Positions 37,413 to 46,903 of a stretch of DNA of 64,000 bases are shown piece by piece. Position numbers and translations under genes: made by a program. The stretch lies in assembly GCA_942492595.1 (NCBI GenBank), contig CALOFK010000001.1:291373-355372 (forward strand), read 5' to 3'. The notes below the pieces were generated by a model, which was not told the DNA's origin, made no database searches, and saw only the letters and a program-made list of their open reading frames with translations. The stretch comes from an uncultured Marinilabiliaceae bacterium (lineage in GTDB: Bacteria > Bacteroidota > Bacteroidia > Bacteroidales > VadinHA17). Position 1 is the stretch's first letter, and every line of letters begins with the position of its first letter.

Positions 37413-39682
37413 TTCCCGTTTAAATCAAATCCATATACAAAGATATTATATGGCCCGGGATTGTGATTAAAATAGATGCTTTCTTTTCCCGAAGAACGCT
37501 CGCTTAATATTTTCCATTCGAATATATTATCAAGTGATGGCAGATGTGGGTCTTCAGGCTTTTCTATAATAAATGGAATATATTTTCCTTTTAGCGGGAG
37601 AACAAAAGTTGAAAGTATAGTATTCTCGGGCATACTCAAGCCACCAAAGTCTTTGTTTACTGAACTGATATCGATCAGTCCTTCAAATATTGCATTCCCG
37701 TGTATATAGAAGTTGTTTACGGCATTAATAGTCTTAATACGTTCTGGAGGGAGGCTAAGAAAATCCTGATAGTCATAGACCGGAATACCATCAAAAAGAA
37801 TAAGCGTTGGATATTCACTCGTATATATGTTATCTCCGGCTACTTTTAAAGTATAATTCTTTTTATTCTGCCTGATACTTACAAAGGGGACAACTTCAAA
37901 AATTACTTCCCTCAGATTGGACAGGCGAACGTAATCTTCAACCCTTACGCTAATATCTGCTTCGCCATAAAACAGATCATGCATCAACAGCGTATCGCTG
38001 CTTTGAACATCTTCCTCCTGCTCAGGAAAATATAGATCCTTCAGTTTAATGTTTAGTAAGCTGTTTTTGAGAAATTCCAGCTCTTCCAGAGTAAATGTTG
38101 CCTTCCGTTTATTATTTTCTGTAGACAGATCAGCAAAATTATTCTGTATTTCAATCTGCCAGGAAGGATCAAATTCTTCAATAAAATTGAATAAATAATC
38201 TCTCGGTCCTGATTGGTCTGGAAATGTAAAAACAAATTTTCCTTTGCTATCGGTTTTTGCCGCATAAAATGAGTTATCATTTAAAATAGATAGAGCTATA
38301 TATTTATTAGCTACTGGTGTGCGGTCGTTTTTATTCAGTACTGCACCTGAAAGAATCCCTCCCCTTGTTTCAGGATAGTATTCGATATTATCTTTATACT
38401 CATCTGCTGATAATGTAAGGGGGAATTCAGGATTTTGCAGGAAGAAGGCTTTGATAATATCATCCGTATAGCTATTATTTTTTATCCATCCTTCAAAAGC
38501 TTCCTGGGAGGCCGGTATTTCATAATTTGCAGGCCAGCCTGGCAGTCCTGGCAGGTAATATTCAAATCTGCTTCCCGGAACATAGTTGTCGGCAATAAGG
38601 TGGAGGGAGTTCGAAGCATCTTCCCCAAAATTTCCATCTGTATAATAGTTAGCCGAATATTCATTTCCCGGAGTTAGAGATGAGGCTTCAATGTCAATAC
38701 CAACTTTAGAAGATTCTTCACGGTAATCCGACCATAAGCTTTTTAACAGGATATCGTTATTACTGTCTAAAACCACGCATTGCGAAATACCTGTAGGTAG
38801 ATCTCTTACAGGTATACGAATCATCAGATTATCGCTGTTGGCTTCAAGAGTATGGTACCAGGACCAGGAGTATAACCTGTGTACAAGAACTTTATATGTC
38901 TTGCCGCTTACTGTTCCCACGAGATTTATATTCAGATAGCCATATTTTTCACTTATTGATGATCCGGGTAGTTTGTTTTCTTTGCTTAGCAGTTTAAAAT
39001 CTATGTTTTCCCGCTCGAAGCCCATAGCAAATATCTGGTACCTATTTGGATCAGCAGGACGATAGTATGATGTTCCCCATCCCGTGTTATCTGTATGGAA
39101 GGTCATTACAGTGTCTCCGGGGCCACTTAAAATAACACCCTGCGTACTTATAGCCTCACTGTAGCTATTTGTTGTATAAATGCTGCACTTCATCAGAGAT
39201 GGGTCGTTCGGATCTGTATATGGATTTAATTCTATATTAAGCTTTGAGTTGTGCAGGATTAACGAATCCCTTTTTGTATCATCACTGTTTAAAATCCTTA
39301 TCCGATATGATGAAAAATCTTGCACAGGAAAGTTTCGCATCCAGTTGGTGTAGGAAATTATATTGTAAATTCCGGTTTCGAGATTGGAAGGAAGAGTTAT
39401 TTTACCTGAAACAGCTGAATTATTAAGCTCAATATTTTTTCTTATAATACTTTTTCCGTTTTCGTCGATTAGTTCAAGCCTGATGTTTTTGCTTAAGGCA
39501 GATGGCTTGTAAGTGTCATTTTCGAGCAGGCTGATATTATAATGCACATCTTCACCGGCAATATATATATCCCTGTTTACCTGTAACCAGACTGTTTCAC
39601 GGAACTGAGTCTGGGAGACTACCTTGATGCTCGCTGAAAGAGCAAGCAGTGTAAATAGTATTGGAGCTAATTTTCTAATCAT
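37379..39682 (-). CDS. Module 1, gene 4: secreted MG2-like / CarboxypepD_reg-like / Plug-like protein without a beta-barrel
   Basis: Signal peptide. N-terminal MG2-like segment (WLQVNRDIYIAGEDVHYNISLL...GIYNIISYTNWMRNF). Mid-region RGGILSGAVLNKNDRTPVANKYIAL...TDSKGKFVF. Plug-like PTLILFDGIPVYDYQDFLSLPPERIKTINAVNNFYIHGNAIFEGLIDISS. The ORF ends ~100 aa later. Paralogue of 44533..46902. Confidence 0.7.
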   Translation of the reverse strand: MIRKLAPILFTLLALSASIKVVSQTQFRETVWLQVNRDIYIAGEDVHYNISLLENDTYKPSALSKNIRLELIDENGKSIIRKNIELNNSAVSGKITLPSNLETGIYNIISYTNWMRNFPVQDFSSYRIRILNSDDTKRDSLILHNSKLNIELNPYTDPNDPSLMKCSIYTTNSYSEAISTQGVILSGPGDTVMTFHTDNTGWGTSYYRPADPNRYQIFAMGFERENIDFKLLSKENKLPGSSISEKYGYLNINLVGTVSGKTYKVLVHRLYSWSWYHTLEANSDNLMIRIPVRDLPTGISQCVVLDSNNDILLKSLWSDYREESSKVGIDIEASSLTPGNEYSANYYTDGNFGEDASNSLHLIADNYVPGSRFEYYLPGLPGWPANYEIPASQEAFEGWIKNNSYTDDIIKAFFLQNPEFPLTLSADEYKDNIEYYPETRGGILSGAVLNKNDRTPVANKYIALSILNDNSFYAAKTDSKGKFVFTFPDQSGPRDYLFNFIEEFDPSWQIEIQNNFADLSTENNKRKATFTLEELEFLKNSLLNIKLKDLYFPEQEEDVQSSDTLLMHDLFYGEADISVRVEDYVRLSNLREVIFEVVPFVSIRQNKKNYTLKVAGDNIYTSEYPTLILFDGIPVYDYQDFLSLPPERIKTINAVNNFYIHGNAIFEGLIDISSVNKDFGGLSMPENTILSTFVLPLKGKYIPFIIEKPEDPHLPSLDNIFEWKILSERSSGKESIYFNHNPGPYNIFVYGFDLNGKWHSGRIIKEN

Positions 39683-39694
39683 TTCAATAGTAGA

Positions 39695-40852
39695 TTAAAA
39701 TTCCCAGAAGGGTGGTTTTACTAATGTTCCGCCTCTTTCCTGGCAATCAAAGCAGTTAGCACTTCCTGAGTAAAATTCACCTGGCTTATCTTCAAGGAGA
39801 AAGGCTCCTTCCTTAAGCTGATCCCATGGTAATTCCTCTCCTCCAACTTTAACATAATCGCAAGAAAGTCTGATAATCTCAAACTCTCTCGGCATAAAAA
39901 AGAAATCTCTTCTTTCCGCTACTCCTGCAACTTCAAATATTCCAATAATATTAATATCAGGGTTTGAGGTGCATGAGATATTGCCTTCAAGCCTGAAGGG
40001 TTGAGTCTCGTACAGACCACCGGTTTCATATATTAATTTACTGAGATCATCCCAGAACTTATAAGTCCTTTCCGATATTTTTAGCTGTTTCGCGTGCAGA
40101 GAGTAGGTATCTGATAACTTATCACCATATTGAGACTCGAAGTGGAGAGGTGCATAACTGATTAGATTTCTCTCAAGACCTTCTGTGCTGGAGACAAATA
40201 TCCCGTTAATAAATCTATCCTGGAAACATACACTTACATCATAGTTATCTGAAAATACAATCTGTTTATTGATCCATCTGTGAGTAGAGAAAAGAGGGAC
40301 AATATATCTATATGTGGCATCCAGTTCCCATCTGTAATATGAGGGTTCACTATCCTCATCATGTGTGTGTGCAAAGAATTGGAGTCCGTAAACTGCTTCA
40401 TCTGTATCAGATAATTTCTCCCGAACAGCATCCCTTGAAAGGCTATCAACAGGAGGCGAGGCCCTTAAAATTTCATTGGATGATTCATAGGTTTGGTTAT
40501 CATAAACAACAGACAGGCTATAAGATTTCCCGGGCTGGCCTACAAAGAGGGGATCTACAGGGTTGTATCTACCGGGCTCTGTCTCTGAAAATATATAATC
40601 ATTGCCATCATCGCAATGAATTGTTACCGATGCACCCGAGACCACTGCACTGCTACGCGGAGGAGGATCAGATTCCTGAGTGGTTACAGGCAGAGATTTA
40701 GATATTAGAACCTGAGGTGATATACCTGGATCGTCTGTTACCTGAGCCTCTATAAAAAGCACATCATCATATTCAGATGTTTCCGGAATAAATGATTCCG
40801 TACAAGCTGAAACAAATGCAAGTATAATTAGAAGAATATTACTCAACCGCAT
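39695..40852 (-). CDS. Module 1, gene 3: DUF4249-like lipoprotein
   Basis: Lipobox (AFVSAC), then VLFIEAQVTDDPG...VLISKSLPV, typical of DUF4249 partners of Bacteroidota TonB-dependent receptors. Overlaps the upstream receptor gene by 14 nt. Confidence 0.7.
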   Translation of the reverse strand: MRLSNILLIILAFVSACTESFIPETSEYDDVLFIEAQVTDDPGISPQVLISKSLPVTTQESDPPPRSSAVVSGASVTIHCDDGNDYIFSETEPGRYNPVDPLFVGQPGKSYSLSVVYDNQTYESSNEILRASPPVDSLSRDAVREKLSDTDEAVYGLQFFAHTHDEDSEPSYYRWELDATYRYIVPLFSTHRWINKQIVFSDNYDVSVCFQDRFINGIFVSSTEGLERNLISYAPLHFESQYGDKLSDTYSLHAKQLKISERTYKFWDDLSKLIYETGGLYETQPFRLEGNISCTSNPDINIIGIFEVAGVAERRDFFFMPREFEIIRLSCDYVKVGGEELPWDQLKEGAFLLEDKPGEFYSGSANCFDCQERGGTLVKPPFWEF

Positions 40853-43613
40853 AATTTCCTAATTTAAAGTTGTAAGAGATAGTAAAAATCGGAACACCAT
40901 AAATAGATTGCTTGTATCCCTTTATAGTTCCATTGTCGTTTTTAAAATATATTGAATACGCATTCTTCCTTCCGGTAAGGTTGTAAACGGAGAAAGCCCA
41001 TGATCCATGTGCAAATTTATCCTTAACAAGGTTTCCTTCAAGGTTTACCGACACATCTACCCTGAAATAGTCGGGTATCCTGTATTCGTTTCTCTTAGAA
41101 TAATTTACTACTTGAATATCATCAACATATATTATTCCGGTTGGGTAGGTTATAGGTCTTCCCGAATTATAAACAAGATTTGATGCAATGCTAAGTCGTC
41201 TTGAAATCTTGAAGCTTCCAACAAAATTAAAGGCATGTGGCTTATCGTAGTTAGCCGGGAAGCTAATACCATTATTAATCTTCTGCCACGATTCTTCACC
41301 ATTTATGGTAATTGTTGATTTAGACAGGGTATAACTTAGCCACCCGGTAAATCTTCCCGCATTTCTTTTAACCATAAATTCTGCCCCGTATGACTCCTGT
41401 TGCCCTTGTAATACCAGGGTTTCAAAGAGAGGACTTGAAGAGAGATCTGCTCCATCCTTGTACTCAACTATATTATCTCCTTTTTTATAGTAAAATTCAG
41501 CCGAAGTTTCCAGGGCGAATCTATTTGTGTTTTTATATAGCCCGAAGCTCAGTTGATCAGATATAGGAGGAGCCAGGTAGGGATCAGCAAGTTTCCACCT
41601 GTCTGTAGGAGCAATAGAGACAGTATTGGATAACATAAAGAGGTATTGCCGCATCCGGTTATAACTAAACTTAATGGAAAAGTCATTTGTAAATTCATAA
41701 TTAAGGCTGAGCCTGTATTCTGGTCCGGAGTAGTGACTTATGCTTTTAAAATTATCATAATAAGTAGTATCACTTATATTTTCCTGTTCCAGAGGATTAT
41801 TAGGAGTGTAATTAATTATATCATTTGGACCAAGGTAATTAAACAGACTATATCTTAGTCCTGCGTATAACTTAAGACTTTCAGTAATAGTAATTTCATC
41901 AAAGGCAAAAAGCGCATATTCCAGGGCTTTTTCCTTTCCAAAATCATTGCTTACAAATAATGATTCCTGTCCATAAGGCTCGTAGCTGCCCTGGTTCAGG
42001 CTATGCAGAATAACATTTCCTCCGACACCAACACGATGTTTTAGCCATGGATTGCCGGTGAAATCAACTTTCAATTCACTTGAACCTACATCAAACTGGT
42101 GTTCAAATGCACTTACTGCACTTTCCCTGCTTGTATGATAATTGGAATAATTACTTATTAAAGCAACAATATCCAACTTCCATCTGTCCCTGATATTCTT
42201 GTCATACTTCAATGAAGCCCCCAGGTTACTATACCTATAATCGTTACTCCGGGCAAGAGTGAACTCATCTTTACTGTAGTATGCAAATAGCTGCAGCGAT
42301 GAGAAATCATCATTTAATATATGAATATTTCCCATCAGGTCGTAGAATGATGCGTCACTATTGTTAATATCGGGATCGTCAATGCGATTTAAGATCCAGT
42401 CAGAGTAGGTCGATCTGGCTCCCAGGATTATTGAGCTCTTGTCTTTTACTATCGGCGATTCAACCAGAAGAGATCCTGTTATTGGACTAATACCTCCACG
42501 GGCACCGAATTCTTTCTTGTTCCCTTTCCTTGTCGAGACTTCAAATACCGAGGCGAGCCTGCCTCCATATTCTACCGGGAAGTTACTTTTATAGAGATTG
42601 AAATCACTGATCATATCCGGATTAAAAGCTGAAAAGAAGCCAAAGAGATGGCCGGTATTTAGTACAGGAACTTCGTTTATAAGGAAAAGATTCTGATCGG
42701 ATGCAGACCCACGGACATTGAATCCGGCAGCTCCCTCACCAACAGTTTGAACTCCGGGCATCATATTAGCAATTTTCAGGATATCCCTTTCGCCGAGAAC
42801 AACAGGGATTGATTTTATATCATTCATTTCTATCCTCTGGAAACCCATTTGCATCCCCTGCACATTATCATGCTTACCTGATCTTACAATAACTTCCTGA
42901 ATGTCGATCAGTTTTTCTGACATTTCAATGTTCAGAACACCTGAGCTGCGCATATCTACCATATATGTTTCCGGAACCATCCCCAGGCATGAAACTTTCA
43001 GAGCGAAATTTGAACCAGTCTCCACAGAGAGAGAATATGTACCATTACCATCAGTAATAACGCCATTATTGGTTCCCTCAACAAAAAGGGTAGCCCCAAT
43101 TACCGGTTCACCACTTGTGGATGAGGATATGCGGCCACTTAATACACTCACTGTTGAGTTACTGCTGTTCGAATAGCTTCCTACAGAGACTCTGCTAATG
43201 GCTTTTTCGTATGATATATTTCTGAAATATTGTTCGGCAATTGATTTCTTAATGCTGTCAGATTGAGCATTAATGTTGAAATCCTGTAATACTTCATTAT
43301 TCAGTTCAAGCTCACCCGTCAGGAAAAATTGGTTACTTCCTTTTCTGATATAATTAATAGATTTTTCGCCGAGCACCCTGTCAAGTATGTCAATAAGATT
43401 TAAAGAGTCTCCCGAAAAGTTCAGCCTGATATCATTAATCCATTCATTTTTATAAAACAGCTTAATATCGTAATTTTCATTAAGCCTATCTGCAAATTCT
43501 GTGAAGCTAATGTTTCTAAAATCCCCACTGATAGTTACTGCTTTCTCTTCCTGTGAAAAGAGGCAAAAATTAAAAGACAGAAACAATAAGACAATTACCA
43601 GTACCTTTTTCAT
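40839..43613 (-). CDS. Module 1, gene 2: TonB-dependent receptor (N-terminal STN-like segment, CarboxypepD_reg, plug, barrel)
   Basis: 924 aa with a signal peptide. LSGRISSSTSGEPVIGATLFVEG...DGNGTYSL (CarboxypepD_reg), then a plug region (IQEVIVRSG...MMPGVQTV...FNVRGS) and a long barrel. ATGA start/stop overlap with the upstream gene. Confidence 0.85.
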   Translation of the reverse strand: MKKVLVIVLLFLSFNFCLFSQEEKAVTISGDFRNISFTEFADRLNENYDIKLFYKNEWINDIRLNFSGDSLNLIDILDRVLGEKSINYIRKGSNQFFLTGELELNNEVLQDFNINAQSDSIKKSIAEQYFRNISYEKAISRVSVGSYSNSSNSTVSVLSGRISSSTSGEPVIGATLFVEGTNNGVITDGNGTYSLSVETGSNFALKVSCLGMVPETYMVDMRSSGVLNIEMSEKLIDIQEVIVRSGKHDNVQGMQMGFQRIEMNDIKSIPVVLGERDILKIANMMPGVQTVGEGAAGFNVRGSASDQNLFLINEVPVLNTGHLFGFFSAFNPDMISDFNLYKSNFPVEYGGRLASVFEVSTRKGNKKEFGARGGISPITGSLLVESPIVKDKSSIILGARSTYSDWILNRIDDPDINNSDASFYDLMGNIHILNDDFSSLQLFAYYSKDEFTLARSNDYRYSNLGASLKYDKNIRDRWKLDIVALISNYSNYHTSRESAVSAFEHQFDVGSSELKVDFTGNPWLKHRVGVGGNVILHSLNQGSYEPYGQESLFVSNDFGKEKALEYALFAFDEITITESLKLYAGLRYSLFNYLGPNDIINYTPNNPLEQENISDTTYYDNFKSISHYSGPEYRLSLNYEFTNDFSIKFSYNRMRQYLFMLSNTVSIAPTDRWKLADPYLAPPISDQLSFGLYKNTNRFALETSAEFYYKKGDNIVEYKDGADLSSSPLFETLVLQGQQESYGAEFMVKRNAGRFTGWLSYTLSKSTITINGEESWQKINNGISFPANYDKPHAFNFVGSFKISRRLSIASNLVYNSGRPITYPTGIIYVDDIQVVNYSKRNEYRIPDYFRVDVSVNLEGNLVKDKFAHGSWAFSVYNLTGRKNAYSIYFKNDNGTIKGYKQSIYGVPIFTISYNFKLGNYAVE

Positions 43614-44383
43614 CAGGATTGATCTATTAAGAGGTTACAATATTCAATTAGTATTGCCCTGTTAATTATATTTTTTCGTGGCAGGGTAAGGGCATTTTGG
43701 TAGGAGAATTTCCTGATATCCTGTTTTAGTTCAGGGAAGAGCTTATAAATAGTCCTTTTCCCTTTAAATTTAATGAGCCTTCCTTCATACAGCAGATAGT
43801 TATTTATCTGCTCATTGTATTTATAACTTGTAGCGCTTTCGCTTGTAATCGCCATTGATTTACTCTTTGTAACCAGGTAGCTTAATTTACCTTCCGCACA
43901 GACCTGACAGAATACTCTTTTATTTGAATCATCCAGCATAGGAAACACAATAAACTTTTTTTCACCCAGATAGAATTCTGAGATTGTATTCATATTAAGA
44001 CAGACCTGTATGGTCTGCTTATTGAGATTTGAAGTGTTTAAAACAAGAATATCTTCAACAATATCAAACTTGAGTAATAAATTTGTAAACATTACCCCGT
44101 CTATGTCAACACTGCCCAACTTCCAGTCTGAATCAACCCAGTATGGGTGACCCACTATTGATCCTTTTACTTCTCCGGGATATGATTTACCACTAATCAG
44201 TCTTTGATCAAGTCCATATATCTTATCCAGTTCGTTGTAAACATATATTGATGAGACCGGTTGGTTTGTTTGCTGAGCTGATACAGCGTATCCGGATAAC
44301 AGGAATAGAACCAATACTATCCCATACAACTTTTTTCCTCCATTCATTGGAAATAAATTTATAAGTAATGACATGCCGTTCAT
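43613..44383 (-). CDS. Module 1, gene 1: exported protein of unknown function
   Basis: Hydrophobic N-terminus (KKLYGIVLVLFLLSGYAVSAQ). Paralogue of 50816..51550, sharing YG[LV]DQRL[IV]SG...GHPY...W..GSV...NLLLK[FY]DI. Alternative starts exist at Met4 or Met13. Confidence 0.65.
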   Translation of the reverse strand: MNGMSLLINLFPMNGGKKLYGIVLVLFLLSGYAVSAQQTNQPVSSIYVYNELDKIYGLDQRLISGKSYPGEVKGSIVGHPYWVDSDWKLGSVDIDGVMFTNLLLKFDIVEDILVLNTSNLNKQTIQVCLNMNTISEFYLGEKKFIVFPMLDDSNKRVFCQVCAEGKLSYLVTKSKSMAITSESATSYKYNEQINNYLLYEGRLIKFKGKRTIYKLFPELKQDIRKFSYQNALTLPRKNIINRAILIEYCNLLIDQS

Positions 44384-44402
44384 GGCTACCGGCCGTCTCT
44401 TG

Positions 44403-44410
44403 CAAAATTA
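44403..44410 (-). promoter_or_regulatory. -7 promoter box (TAATTTTG on the minus strand) upstream of module 1
   Basis: Plus-strand CAAAATTA lies 20 nt upstream of the ATG at 44383. Confidence 0.4.
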
Positions 44411-44532
44411 TTCTATTATCATAAATATTATGTAAAGAAATGTTAAAAAAATGCTATTTATATTATGTCACTCAGCATATTCCTATTAAGCTGGGTGATT
44501 ATTTGCTCTGATCTTCGGTAACGGCCATTTGT

Positions 44533-46902
44533 TTATTGGCTTTCGCCATCAAATGGAAGGGATTCTTTTTTGTAAATCCATTGGCCGAAACTGTTAAATC
44601 CGTAAACAAAACTAGATATAGTGTCCTGGTTATCATTTGTAGAAAAGGAGTAATTGTAATTTGACTGTGATCCGAAAGGTACCCAGAATAGTGTTTCACT
44701 AAGATCAGGGATGAAATCCGAATTCTGTTTTAAATCGTATACTCTTTCTATGCCTTGTAAGGGCATTTCTAATGATACAACCACGGATTTATTTGGGAGT
44801 GAGAGCCCGGCCATATCACCGTTTATACTGTTGATACTAACAATCCCGGAGAACACGGCATTACCATGAATATAGAGCTTATTAAACACATCTATACTCA
44901 GAAATCTGTCAGGAGGTAGTTCCAGTACTTCATTAAACTCGTAGATAGGAATACCGTCAAGTAAGATTAATGGTTCGAACTGCGAGGGTAGAGGAGGCTC
45001 AGTAATAACTTCCAGACTGTAGGTCCCACGACGACTCCTGATAACTACCTTTGGTACAACTTCAAAGATTACCTCTCTAAGGTTTGTAAGCTTAACATAT
45101 TTATCAATAACAACTTTAAAGCTAGGATCTCCATAGAACGGTACTTTTTTATCGGATACCCTGTTTGTGTCTGATGCCACAGACCTGGTGTCAACAAATA
45201 TAGTCTCAAGCTGCCTGTTTATATCGAGTTCCCTTACAAACATTATCTCTTCCAAGCTGAGGGAAAAACTTGTTTCAGGTAAACTTACCTCTCTCATATC
45301 GAATCTCTGTTCAATATCCAGCTTCCAATCAGCCAGGGCAGATGAGGTTGGAACAATTACAAAATCATGCAAATCTTTTATACCAGGAATGCTTAGATGG
45401 AACCTTCCCGATCCGAAAGTAAAACCTGCAAACATACTATTGTCTGACAGCATTGTTGCTGCTACTAGCTGATTTCTAAGAGGTTCTCCTTCACTATCGG
45501 AGAGTAATCCTGAGATAGCAGGTCCTCTGGTTTCCGGCATAAAGGAGAACATTGCTTCCCTCTGTTCAATTATTGTCAGATTGTTGTATTGTACTTGTTG
45601 CGGATAAGTAGATTTCCCTGGGTAGAACGATATAGGAACATCATCAGGATAAGAATTGGCAATTAACCATCCCTTTCTTGCGTTATCCCCGGCTGGAATA
45701 TCATAGCTTACCGGCCATCCTGGAAGACCTGGAATATAATTTTCAAACAAGTTTAAGGGACACTCTCTTGTAAGGATGTTTGAAACCAATCTCTCTCCCT
45801 CTCCAAATCTGTCGGAGATTGTTAAAATAGATGTATAAGATGGCTTATCGCCTGGAATTTCCTCAAAAAGAATATCTGGATCATTTCCAATAACAGTCCC
45901 ATTTATAAGAAGTCTTTTAAAGAGTACCTCATTATTCATATTTAAAATTGAGACCTGCAGGATGCCATTTGGCAAAGTGTCAAGAGGAATTGCCATTAGA
46001 ATCTCACCTCCCTGTACAGAAATAGATTGCTGGGCATACCACGAGTAGTTTCTGTGCACAAGAACCTTAACTCTGTCTTCGATCAATCCACTGGCTGAGA
46101 TTCTTATATAATCATCAGTATTGGTAAAACTAAACTCCATACCTTCTGGCAGAGTCTCTTTAATAATAAGCGAAAGCTCAGTCTTAGTGCTTAGATCAAT
46201 TACTCTGTATTCTTCTCCAGCCTGATGAATAAATGAAACAATGCCCCACCCTGTTTGGTCTGTATTGAATTTAGCTATTGTATCATTATCTGTATTTAGC
46301 AAGGCAGCAAAAACGGGTAATCTTTCTCCTGTTTCAGTCATTGAGCATACAGAGCATTGATTTAGAAAGTCATTATTTAGCGCACCGCTTTCGGGAACAA
46401 TAGTAATAACTTTATTTTCCTGATTGGACTGTACTATATTCTGAGTGATGGTCTCCGGATTGACTATTTTTATTGGGAAGTAATTATCCAGAACTTGAAT
46501 GGAGTTGCGCATCCAGTTAGTGTAAGCCCTGATATAGTACCATCCACTTGGTAGTAATGATGGTATTGTCAGGATATTATCAGTTTTGCTCTTATCCAGA
46601 AGGAACTCATCACTTTCGATTACAAATCCTCTGGAATCAATCAGCTCAATCTTAATAACGTTGCTCAGGAAAGAGGGGGCATAAGTATCTGTTTCAAGAA
46701 CAATAGCCGAGAAATTAATATTCTCCCCGGGTAGATAAATCTGTCGTTCTGCTGTTATCCAGCTTGTCTCGGAGAATACAGGAATCAACTCTTTCCTCTC
46801 CTGGCCAGTTGCATTATTATCAGCGAATAGCAAAAAAAGAGACATTAGCACCATAGGTGGTAACATTTTCCAGTTATTGATATTTAATATCTCCTTTCTC
46901 AT
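44533..46902 (-). CDS. Module 2, gene 4: secreted MG2-like / CarboxypepD_reg-like / Plug-like protein without a beta-barrel
   Basis: Same layout as 37379..39682: ERQIYLPGENINFSAIVL...GWYYIRAYTNWMRN; RGPAISGLLSDSEGEPLRNQLVAA; LILLDGIPIYEFNEVLELPPDRFLSIDVFNKLYIHGNAVFSGIVSINS. Confidence 0.7.
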   Translation of the reverse strand: MRKEILNINNWKMLPPMVLMSLFLLFADNNATGQERKELIPVFSETSWITAERQIYLPGENINFSAIVLETDTYAPSFLSNVIKIELIDSRGFVIESDEFLLDKSKTDNILTIPSLLPSGWYYIRAYTNWMRNSIQVLDNYFPIKIVNPETITQNIVQSNQENKVITIVPESGALNNDFLNQCSVCSMTETGERLPVFAALLNTDNDTIAKFNTDQTGWGIVSFIHQAGEEYRVIDLSTKTELSLIIKETLPEGMEFSFTNTDDYIRISASGLIEDRVKVLVHRNYSWYAQQSISVQGGEILMAIPLDTLPNGILQVSILNMNNEVLFKRLLINGTVIGNDPDILFEEIPGDKPSYTSILTISDRFGEGERLVSNILTRECPLNLFENYIPGLPGWPVSYDIPAGDNARKGWLIANSYPDDVPISFYPGKSTYPQQVQYNNLTIIEQREAMFSFMPETRGPAISGLLSDSEGEPLRNQLVAATMLSDNSMFAGFTFGSGRFHLSIPGIKDLHDFVIVPTSSALADWKLDIEQRFDMREVSLPETSFSLSLEEIMFVRELDINRQLETIFVDTRSVASDTNRVSDKKVPFYGDPSFKVVIDKYVKLTNLREVIFEVVPKVVIRSRRGTYSLEVITEPPLPSQFEPLILLDGIPIYEFNEVLELPPDRFLSIDVFNKLYIHGNAVFSGIVSINSINGDMAGLSLPNKSVVVSLEMPLQGIERVYDLKQNSDFIPDLSETLFWVPFGSQSNYNYSFSTNDNQDTISSFVYGFNSFGQWIYKKESLPFDGESQ

Positions 46903-46903
46903 A

